From Candidatus Nitrospinota bacterium M3_3B_026 (GTDB lineage: Bacteria > Nitrospinota_A > UBA7883 > JBPRGF01): a stretch of 64,000 bases of DNA. Made by a program: the position numbers and the translations under genes. Every line of letters starts with the position of its first letter. The first letter of the stretch is position 1. Shown piece after piece: positions 20,046-27,138 of this stretch. Below the pieces are notes generated by a model. The model was not told the DNA's origin and did not search any database. It saw only the letters and a list, made by a program, of their open reading frames with translations. Location: the NCBI GenBank assembly GCA_051418015.1, contig JBPRGF010000019.1, positions 1 through 64,000 on the forward strand. Direction: 5' to 3'.

Positions 20046-20266
20046 TTAAATGCTGAGACATAACACGGGGCGTAATATAAATCAATTCGGCCATTTCCAC
20101 CAGCTAAAATTCCGGCTGTCAATGAGGCGCATATTTTATCCATGCCTCTTTGATGTCTGGTTCATAGCGCCAACTAAAAGTTTCTACATCAAACTCAGGA
20201 CGGCCAGATCAAAGGATGGAAGGCGCTCGGATATTCGATTGGCGAGATGAAAAAGGATTTGGAACT

Positions 20267-20440
20267 ATGGAACTTGCAGATCTGTTCATGTACAGCCTGT
20301 ACGGCCTGCTGGCGCTTGCCGTCATGGGGGCGAACTACTTTCTGGGTAACCGTGGGACCAATCTGACCCCTCCAGAATCCCCTTTCGAGAGTCATTACAA
20401 CACTGGCGGGGCTGACGACCCTTTAGAACCCCGATTCTGA
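20267..20440 (+). CDS. Small hypothetical single-TM protein
   Basis: 57-aa ORF MELADLFMYSLYGLLALAVMGANYF.. with one hydrophobic segment and a purine-rich upstream region. Confidence 0.45.
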   Translation: MELADLFMYSLYGLLALAVMGANYFLGNRGTNLTPPESPFESHYNTGGADDPLEPRF

Positions 20441-20794
20441 CAAATGATTAAATGATTGATCCCCTCCGTCAATCATCCATGGCATCGGTGTTAGTCTTTT
20501 AGCGGCGGTTTAAAATCATCCTCTCCAATCCCTCTTGGTCTTCCGATTTCACCAGGTCCCGGCCCGCCGTCCCCTATCGGGTCCATGGCGTCAGAGAGAT
20601 AATCGTTCGGACCGAAATTCTGGTTTTCGGCCTCCTTGTAAATGTCGTTCAGATAGTTCTGTGTCTCCTCCGCCACGAAGCGGTTGGTATCGTCTGCCCG
20701 TGGTGGTCCAGCAGTTGGCCACCATGACGGATTGAAAGCGATATATACCCATGATATATTCTTTGTCAGGTTCATACAACCGGAGGGACGGGTC

Positions 20795-21028
20795 ATGGAA
20801 AAGACGAAAGCGAAGGTTTTTGTGTCGGGAAGGAGCCAGGCTGTGCGCATCCCCAAGAAGTTCCGGTTCGAATGCGACGAGGTGTACATAGAGCGGGAGG
20901 GGGACCGCGTGATCCTGACGCCGAGTCCCGCTTCGTGGAGCAGGTATTTCTCGGAGGGGAAGAGGTTCACGGAGGATTTCCCGGATCACATCGAGGATGC
21001 GCCTCCGCCTGAGCGGGAGATCCTTTGA
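20795..21028 (+). CDS. vapB: VapB antitoxin (AbrB/SpoVT type)
   Basis: [36 protein letters not shown]; overlaps vapC. Confidence 0.92.
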   Translation: MEKTKAKVFVSGRSQAVRIPKKFRFECDEVYIEREGDRVILTPSPASWSRYFSEGKRFTEDFPDHIEDAPPPEREIL

Positions 21029-21429
21029 TGCGTTACATGCTGGACGCGAACACGTGCATAGCCATAATCAAGCGCCGTCCGGCAAAGACGATGCGGAAGC
21101 TGAGTTCCGTCCCCGTCGGGGCAATCGGCGTCTCAGCCATCGTTCTGGCGGAGCTGCGTTACGGCGTCGAGCGGTCCGCCAGGAGAAGGGAGAACGAGGA
21201 AGCTCTCGAGGAATTTCTGTACTATGCCGTGGCGCTGGACTGGCCCGGCGAGGCGGCGGGGATATACGGAAAAATCCGCGCGAAGCTGGCGAAGAAAGGC
21301 CGGATGATCGGAGCCATGGACCTGCTCATCGCCGCGCACGCCCTTCATCTCGGCTCCGTCCTGGTGACGGACAACGTCCGGGAGTTCAGACGCGTTCCCG
21401 GCCTGCGCGTGGAGAACTGGGTCGCGTAG
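21028..21429 (+). CDS. vapC: VapC PIN-domain toxin
   Basis: YMLDANTC, LAELRYG, GAMDLLIAAHA, LVTDNVREF; acidic PIN residues present. Confidence 0.94.
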   Translation: MRYMLDANTCIAIIKRRPAKTMRKLSSVPVGAIGVSAIVLAELRYGVERSARRRENEEALEEFLYYAVALDWPGEAAGIYGKIRAKLAKKGRMIGAMDLLIAAHALHLGSVLVTDNVREFRRVPGLRVENWVA

Positions 21430-21485
21430 ACGGGACGGATGCGAGGGCGGAGAGATCAGGCTCAGCCGACGGCGCGGTGGCGCCC

Positions 21486-21630
21486 GATCTCTCCGCCCGG
21501 CAACCGTCTGGAGAGGCTGAAGGGCGCGAGGAAAGGGCAGTACAGTATACGGATAAACGATCAATACCGGATTTGCTTTCGGTTCGAGGGCGGACACGCC
21601 TATGACGTGGAGATAACCGATTATCACTGA
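21486..21630 (+). pseudogene. higB: 5'-truncated HigB (RelE-family) toxin
   Basis: Only the C-terminal half PPGNRLERLKGARKGQYSIRINDQYRICFRF..DVEITDYH remains; the normal N-terminus is absent. Confidence 0.85.
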
Positions 21631-21654
21631 CAACAGGAACGATTGGAGGCCGGC

Positions 21655-21948
21655 ATGGAGATGGGAATAAAGGCGCCTCATCCCGGGGTGATATTGAGAG
21701 AGGAGTTCCTGGAGCCGATGGGCATCAGCCAGACCCGGCTGGCCAGGGACATCGGCGTGAGCTACCTGCGGATAAACGAAATCTGCACGGGCAAGAGAGG
21801 GATCACCACGGACACGGCCATACGGCTGGCCCGGTATTTCGACACCACGCCCGAGTTCTGGCTCAACGCCGGGCGGTGTTATGACCTGCAGAAGGCGGAG
21901 ACGGAACACGCGGGGGAATATGACAAGATAAAGACCGTCGAGGTGTGA
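21655..21948 (+). CDS. higA: HigA antitoxin
   Basis: HPGVILREEFLEPMGISQTRLA..GKRGITTDTAIRLARYF.TTPEFWLN. Confidence 0.94.
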   Translation: MEMGIKAPHPGVILREEFLEPMGISQTRLARDIGVSYLRINEICTGKRGITTDTAIRLARYFDTTPEFWLNAGRCYDLQKAETEHAGEYDKIKTVEV

Positions 21949-22119
21949 CATTGACCGGCGAAGACAAGGTTGGATGCGCTATCCGCGCTCAACTGGAATA
22001 CCTTGATTTTTCCAAAGCCTCGCGGCCGGGAGCGGTCGCCCGCCGGTCTCTCCCTCCTCCCCAAACCCCTTGACAATCTCCCGTCATGGGCGAAATAGCA
22101 ACAGGAGCGCGGCGGCCCA

Positions 22120-22148
22120 TTGAACGGCCATGACGGGTGGTGTATTCT
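22120..22148 (+). promoter_or_regulatory. Sigma70-like promoter of hicBA, overlapped by an inverted repeat
   Basis: TTGAAC-17 bp-TATTCT; CCCGTCATGG (22080-22089) and CCATGACGGG (22128-22137) form an inverted repeat. Confidence 0.5.
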
Positions 22149-22171
22149 TTTGCCAAGGGAGGACGAAGCTC

Positions 22172-22402
22172 ATGAAAACGTCTTTTACCGTGGTCTTCGA
22201 AAAGGGCGAGAGCGGGTACACCGTGACCGTGCCGGCCCTGCCGGGAGTCGTTACCGAGGGCCGGACGATCAAGGAGGCCCGCCGCATGGCCGAGGACGCC
22301 ATACGCTGCCACCTGGAGAGCCTCCGCAAAGACGGCGAGCCGATACCCGCGGAGATCGAAGTGGACGTCGAGAAGCTCGAGGTGGAGTTTCCGGCGGCGT
22401 GA
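22172..22402 (+). CDS. hicB: HicB-family antitoxin (short form, no DNA-binding domain)
   Basis: FTVVFEKGESGYTVTVPALPGVVTEGRTIKEA..EDAI..GEPIP. Confidence 0.9.
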   Translation: MKTSFTVVFEKGESGYTVTVPALPGVVTEGRTIKEARRMAEDAIRCHLESLRKDGEPIPAEIEVDVEKLEVEFPAA

Positions 22403-22629
22403 CACCGCGGCTGCCGAGCCTTACGGCGAAAGAGGTCCTTCGCGCTCTCAAGAAGGCCGGTTTTTACATCCATCACCAGACCGGAAGTCACGCCACTCTC
22501 AAGCATCGAGCCGATCCGGCAAGGCGCGTGACCGTTCCCGTGGATTCGCGGGACGTCCAGCGCGGAACCCTCATGACAATCATCAAGCAGGCCGGCATGA
22601 CCCAGGACGAATTCGCCGAATACCTGTAG
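22399..22629 (+). CDS. hicA: HicA-family toxin
   Basis: LPSLTAKEVLRALKKAGF..HQTGSH..RVTVP..GTLMTIIKQAG; GTG start overlaps the hicB stop. Confidence 0.92.
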   Translation: MTPRLPSLTAKEVLRALKKAGFYIHHQTGSHATLKHRADPARRVTVPVDSRDVQRGTLMTIIKQAGMTQDEFAEYL

Positions 22630-22800
22630 CACGGCCGCCGCCTCCAGCTCGGCCAGCGCGTCCGGCTCCGCCACCGGGTATACCGCGCCGATGGTCCCGG
22701 CGGAAACCGGACCCGGCGACCGTGATTATGGCGAGAACATTCCGTGTTTGATATAATCGCCACATGATTAGATATTCCCCGTATTCATGGAACATGCCAT

Positions 22801-23049
22801 ATGAAAGAGACGACGGTTAAGCTCGGCGACGCCGGGCGGCTGGTCATCCCGGCCAAATACAGGAAGGAGCTGGGCGTCTCCGAAGGGGACAGGCTCGTCG
22901 TCCGCATGACCGAGGGCCGGCTCGAGATCATGACGCCCCGGCAGGCGGTGGAGACGGCGCGGGCGATAATCCGAAAGCATATCCCGAAAGGACGCAAGCT
23001 GTCTGATGAGCTTATCGCCGAGCGCAGGAAGGAAGCCGCCAGTGAGTGA
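22801..23049 (+). CDS. AbrB/MazE-family antitoxin
   Basis: VKLGDAGRLVIPAKYRKELGVSEGD..LSDELIAERR. Confidence 0.9.
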   Translation: MKETTVKLGDAGRLVIPAKYRKELGVSEGDRLVVRMTEGRLEIMTPRQAVETARAIIRKHIPKGRKLSDELIAERRKEAASE

Positions 23050-23425
23050 ATGCGTGCTGGACGCCTCCGCGTTGCTGGCCCTGTTAAACGGTGAAGCCGG
23101 GTCGGATAGGGTGGAGGAAGTGATTCCAGAAGCGTATGTCAGTTCCGTCAATGTTTCCGAAGTCGTGGCGAAACTCATGGACAACGGAGCGCCGGAGGAC
23201 GCTGTCCGTGAGGCCCTGCTGACACTGGGTGTCGATATAGTGGATTTTAACGAAGAGATGGCTTTCGAGGCGGGCAAGCTCAGGCCGGTTACTCGGAAGC
23301 ACGGCCTGTCCTTGGGGGACCGGGCATGCCTCGCCACGGCGAAGGTATTAAACCTTCCGGCTGTGACGACCGACCGCACATGGCTCAAGCTCAAAACCAA
23401 AATCAAGATGCGATGCGTCAGATGA
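23042..23425 (+). CDS. vapC: VapC PIN-domain toxin
   Basis: VLDASALLA, SSVNVSEV, GLSLGDRACLATA, VTTDR. Confidence 0.92.
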   Translation: MSECVLDASALLALLNGEAGSDRVEEVIPEAYVSSVNVSEVVAKLMDNGAPEDAVREALLTLGVDIVDFNEEMAFEAGKLRPVTRKHGLSLGDRACLATAKVLNLPAVTTDRTWLKLKTKIKMRCVR

Positions 23426-23664
23426 CCGGAGAAGAAGATACGATCCCCCACGAGGTCGTCGGGTTGACGGTGAAGAAGGGGATGAGCCTTGTCCGCGCCT
23501 GGAGAGAATATCTGAAGATGACGCAGGAGGATGTCGCTGAAAAAGCCGGCATTTCCCAGCCTGCCCTTGCGCAGATGGAGAAACCCGGCGCGCGCCCCCG
23601 CAAGACCACGCTGGAGAAGCTGGCGCGCGCCATGGGTCTCGATGTTGATCAATTGCGGGCTTGA
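23422..23664 (+). CDS. XRE-family HTH protein, probably an N-terminally shortened orphan antitoxin
   Basis: IPHEVV..SLVRAWREYLKMTQEDVAEKAGISQPALAQME; ATG overlaps the vapC stop. Confidence 0.8.
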   Translation: MTGEEDTIPHEVVGLTVKKGMSLVRAWREYLKMTQEDVAEKAGISQPALAQMEKPGARPRKTTLEKLARAMGLDVDQLRA

Positions 23665-23768
23665 TATTCTGGCTGTGTTCATTCCCCGCCACTCCTCGCG
23701 GCGTATTGCGCCCGCTTATGGATCATGCTAACGTATGACATAATGAACATCGTTGGAGGTACTGTGCT

Positions 23769-23975
23769 ATGAGCGTCGTGACCGTCTCCCCCAAGTACCA
23801 GGTCGTGATACCCAGGAAGATCAGGGAAACCCTCGGGGTCCGCCCCGGGGACAAGCTGGAGGTCTTCATGTACGAGGGCCGGCTCGAGCTGACCCCCGTC
23901 CGGGACGTGGGGGAACTGCGCGGTTTCCTCAAGGGCATCGACACCTCGGTGGAGCGGGAGAAAGACCGCGTATGA
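23769..23975 (+). CDS. AbrB/MazE-family antitoxin
   Basis: VTVSPKYQVVIPRKIRETLGVRPGD. Confidence 0.92.
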   Translation: MSVVTVSPKYQVVIPRKIRETLGVRPGDKLEVFMYEGRLELTPVRDVGELRGFLKGIDTSVEREKDRV

Positions 23976-24364
23976 ACCTTGTCGACTCCTGCGGCTGGCT
24001 CGAATATTTCGCGGACGGGCCGCTGGCGGAGTTTTTCGCTTCGGCGCTCCGCGAGACGGACGAGCTCGTCGTCCCGTCGATCGTCATTCTTGAGGTTTTT
24101 AAACGTGTTCTCCAGCAGAGGGGCGAGGCCGAGGCGCTTGTCGCCGCGGCGGCGATGATGAGGGGGCGGGTGGCCGGCCTCGACGGCGCCGTCGCGATGG
24201 AGGCCGCCCGGCTTGGCGTCAGCCTGGGTCTGCCACTGGCGGACAGCGTGATCCTTGCCACGGCCCGCGCCCACGGCGCCACGGTCTGGACATCCGACTC
24301 CGACTTCGAGGGGATCGAGGGCGTCCGGTACGCTGAAGCACGCAAGCGAAAAAAGAAAAAGTAA
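23972..24364 (+). CDS. vapC: VapC PIN-domain toxin
   Basis: NLVDSCGWLEYF, ILEVFK, LPLADSVILATA, WTSDSDF. Confidence 0.92.
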   Translation: MNLVDSCGWLEYFADGPLAEFFASALRETDELVVPSIVILEVFKRVLQQRGEAEALVAAAAMMRGRVAGLDGAVAMEAARLGVSLGLPLADSVILATARAHGATVWTSDSDFEGIEGVRYAEARKRKKKK

Positions 24365-24596
24365 CCGCTCGTCCATCACTTCTTCACTCCGCTGGCCATG
24401 ATCTCGTTCCCCTCCACTTGGCGGGGGGGACGACGAACAGGCAGGGGCCGGATCGGTATATCCATTTGTCACGCCGGGAGCCGTCATGCGTAGAGTATGT
24501 ACCATCGCTCTCAGCCAGCCGTTATATCCACCGCTTTTTCACGGTTAAAACATACACGGATGTGTGTATATCAGCCGATCGCCGATCCGCGTGGGT

Positions 24597-24627
24597 TTTG
24601 CGGACGATTTGCGGACATTTGCGGACA
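24597..24627. repeat. Three tandem TTTGCGGAC repeats, integrase arm-site-like
   Basis: TTTGCGGAC at 24597, 24608 and 24618 (10-11 bp period), about 60-90 bp from the tRNA fragment. Confidence 0.7.
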
Positions 24628-24684
24628 TCGCCCCCTGGCGGCATTGCAACACATTGTATTTAAAAGAGTTAATATATAGCGTGT

Positions 24685-24727
24685 CGGATTAGAAGTCCGT
24701 TGCTCTATCCGGCTGAGCTACGGGCGC
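24685..24727 (-). tRNA. 5' half (43 nt) of tRNA-Arg(TCT), truncated after the anticodon stem; probable att site
   Basis: GCGCCCG-TA-GCTC-AGCCGGATA-GAGC-A-ACGGA-CTTCTAA-TCCG gives the acceptor 5' strand, D arm and anticodon arm; no T arm or 3' acceptor strand follows. Confidence 0.88.
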
Positions 24728-24780
24728 GGCGGCGGTCGTTTCGGCCGGGGGTGGGCGTTGCCTGTTTCCGTGGATCAGGA

Positions 24781-25371
24781 TCAACCGGCCCTGATGTCTC
24801 CGGGCCGGTTGACGTTCAGGAAGGAGGTCAGCTCCGGCTCCACGCAGCGCAGGTCTTCCTCCGCGATGAGGCTTTTGTCCAGACCTTGCCGGAACTCGTC
24901 GAACTGGATAGACCGGCTCTTGATCCGGTTTTCGAATCTTTCGACGGCGCGGCGGCGGTATATGGCGATAAGGCCCTGCTCCACGCCGCCCACGACTGGT
25001 ATGACCGCCTCGCCGGGCGCGTTTGCCCTGGAGAGGATGAACTCCAGCATCTTTCGCGACAGCCTAGGCATGTCGCACGCCGCGAGCAGAAGCTCCGCCG
25101 CGCCCGTCGCGACGAACGCGGTGTAAAGCCCGGACAGGGGCCCCATGCCCGGCTCGACGTCTCTATGAACGGGCACGCCGAGGCTGGAATATTTTTCCAC
25201 GTCGTTGGCTATGATGACGACTTCTGACGCCAGCGGCGCCAGGACGCCTATCACCCGTTCTATCATGGGAACGCCGCTGTATTTGACGAAGGCCTTGTCC
25301 CGCCCCATCCTGCGGCTCCCCCCCCCGGCCAGTATCGCGGCGGGCAGGCGCGTCCTATGGCCGTTCCTCAA
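24781..25371 (-). CDS. mobA: Molybdenum cofactor guanylyltransferase
   Basis: ILAGGGSRRMGRDKA, GPLSGL, ACDMP, FLNVNRP. Confidence 0.93.
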   Translation of the reverse strand: MRNGHRTRLPAAILAGGGSRRMGRDKAFVKYSGVPMIERVIGVLAPLASEVVIIANDVEKYSSLGVPVHRDVEPGMGPLSGLYTAFVATGAAELLLAACDMPRLSRKMLEFILSRANAPGEAVIPVVGGVEQGLIAIYRRRAVERFENRIKSRSIQFDEFRQGLDKSLIAEEDLRCVEPELTSFLNVNRPGDIRAG

Positions 25372-25771
25372 CCCAGCGGCTCCCGGACTCGGCGAACTCC
25401 TTTTTCCAGATCGGGACGCGGCGTTTGAGCTCGTCGATAGCCCACTCGCACGCGTCGAAGGCGGCGGCGCGGCTCACGCTCGACACGGCGATCATCACGA
25501 TGTTGTCGCCGACGGCCAGCCGTCCCGTCCTGTGGATGATGTCGCATTTTAAGATATCGAACCTCTCCCGCGCTTCCCGTTCGAGCTTTTCCAGCTCTTT
25601 CAGCGCCATCGGCCCGTAGCTTTCAAATTCCAGCTTTTCTATCGTCTCCCCGCGGGATATCTCCTTCACCGTCCCCAGGAAAGCGACGACCGCGCCGGCG
25701 CGCCTGTCCTCCTCTTTCAGCCGGCGTACCTGCGCGCTCAGGTCGAAATCCTCGCTCTGCAATCTCGCCAT
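25355..25771 (-). CDS. moaE: Molybdopterin synthase catalytic subunit
   Basis: GAVVAFLGTVK, LEFESY..MA, HRTGRL, IDELKRRVPIWKKE. Confidence 0.93.
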   Translation of the reverse strand: MARLQSEDFDLSAQVRRLKEEDRRAGAVVAFLGTVKEISRGETIEKLEFESYGPMALKELEKLEREARERFDILKCDIIHRTGRLAVGDNIVMIAVSSVSRAAAFDACEWAIDELKRRVPIWKKEFAESGSRWVEERP

Positions 25772-25820
25772 GATGGAAAGTATACTGCATCGGCGCCGTG
25801 AAACGGTTACCATTGTAACC

Positions 25821-26354
25821 ATGAGGCGAAAACCATACACCCTTGTCTTCGCAGGCCCGTCGGGAAGCGGCAAGACGACCCTGCTGGAGAAGGTCATCAG
25901 GCTCCTGTCGGCGAGGGGGGTTCGCGTGGGCGCGGTGAAAAGGTCTCACCACGACGTGGATATCGACGTCGAGGGCAAGGACTCCTGGCGGCTGCGGACC
26001 GCCGGGGCGAACCCCACCGTGCTGGCGGCTGGCCCTTTCATCACGGTGATGGAGAAGGCCGCGGAGAGCCCGTCCCTTTCATCGCTCGCCGGGATGCTGG
26101 AGGGAAAAGCTGATATAGTATTGGCCGAAGGCTTCAAGACGGAAGAGGACGTCCCCATGCTCATCTTTTCGGACGGGAAAGAAGCGCTCCCGGCCCATGC
26201 GGCGGGTCTTGTCGCGGGATACATAGTCCCCAGCCCGGCGCCGGGCTGGGGACCGCGGACGCCGGTGTTCCAGAGGGACGACGCGGAGGGCGTCGCCGAT
26301 CATATAGAAAAACTTTTCGGGGAATGGAAAACGGCCGCGACGCGGCTGATATGA
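25821..26354 (+). CDS. mobB: Molybdopterin-guanine dinucleotide biosynthesis protein B
   Basis: GPSGSGKTTL, VKRSHHDVDID.EGKDSWR, LAEGFK. Confidence 0.92.
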   Translation: MRRKPYTLVFAGPSGSGKTTLLEKVIRLLSARGVRVGAVKRSHHDVDIDVEGKDSWRLRTAGANPTVLAAGPFITVMEKAAESPSLSSLAGMLEGKADIVLAEGFKTEEDVPMLIFSDGKEALPAHAAGLVAGYIVPSPAPGWGPRTPVFQRDDAEGVADHIEKLFGEWKTAATRLI

Positions 26355-26364
26355 GGAAGATTTT

Positions 26365-27120
26365 ATGAAACGCGCTCACTTTTCGCGGGGGATCGCCATG
26401 AGGGCCGCGGTCCCGGCGGTTTGCGCGGTTGCCCTGGCCGCGGCGCTCGGGGTTTTCTCCTCCTGCGCCGCGGGCGAAAAACGATCCATCGAGCGGGCCG
26501 GTGTGAAGGTCGTTCCGTCCCAGTTGCCGGCGGAGTTCTGCTGCGTGCGGAGCGTGGCCGTTGTCAACCTCCACGAGAGGGGGGATCACTCAGGCGGCGA
26601 GGGGGGATACAGGTGCGATATCACCGGGATGAACTTTACGCCGGGCGCGGTGATGGAGGGCGCCGGGGAGATCGTGGCGGATCAGCTCCGCCGCCGCCTG
26701 CTGGAGGTGGGTTTTCTCGTGGCCGAGCGGGAGACCACCATGGAAGCCGCGGCCCCGGAGGCTGAAGGGGCGGAGTATTCGATAGACACGGCTCTCCGCG
26801 TCGGGATGGAGCTGGAGGTGGACGCGGTTGTCGTCGGCTCCGTGATGCGCTTCGAGGAGCGGGTGGGGACGAAGCTGGCCGCGGAGAAGCCCGCGTCGGT
26901 GGCATTCTCCGTCGCCTTCGTCAGGCCCGCGGACGGAGAGATATTATGGAAAGCGAAGTTCGACAAGACCCAGCAGGCTCTTTTCGAAAACGTGCTGGAC
27001 TACAAAACCTTCATCAAGGGCGGGATGGTCTGGCAGCGAGCCGAGGAGCTCTCCGCCATCGGCGTGGACGCGCTGGTTAAACAGGTTCCTTTCCAGCCGG
27101 GGGCGGCGACGGGAGAGTAG
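26365..27120 (+). CDS. Putative lipoprotein (CsgG/GNA1162-like alpha/beta fold)
   Basis: Signal peptide ending FSS-C; VDAVVVGSVMRF..ERVG, DGEILWK pattern. Confidence 0.65.
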   Translation: MKRAHFSRGIAMRAAVPAVCAVALAAALGVFSSCAAGEKRSIERAGVKVVPSQLPAEFCCVRSVAVVNLHERGDHSGGEGGYRCDITGMNFTPGAVMEGAGEIVADQLRRRLLEVGFLVAERETTMEAAAPEAEGAEYSIDTALRVGMELEVDAVVVGSVMRFEERVGTKLAAEKPASVAFSVAFVRPADGEILWKAKFDKTQQALFENVLDYKTFIKGGMVWQRAEELSAIGVDALVKQVPFQPGAATGE

Positions 27121-27138
27121 GGCAGGGCCCTGGCGGCT

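Noticed and set aside
20740..24364. Integron cassette array
   Set aside because: No intI and no recurring attC-like (RYYYAAC..GTTRRRY) sites recognised between modules
24500..24727. Group I intron-containing tRNA
   Set aside because: The break is after the anticodon stem rather than in the loop, and no 3' exon or intron core was found nearby
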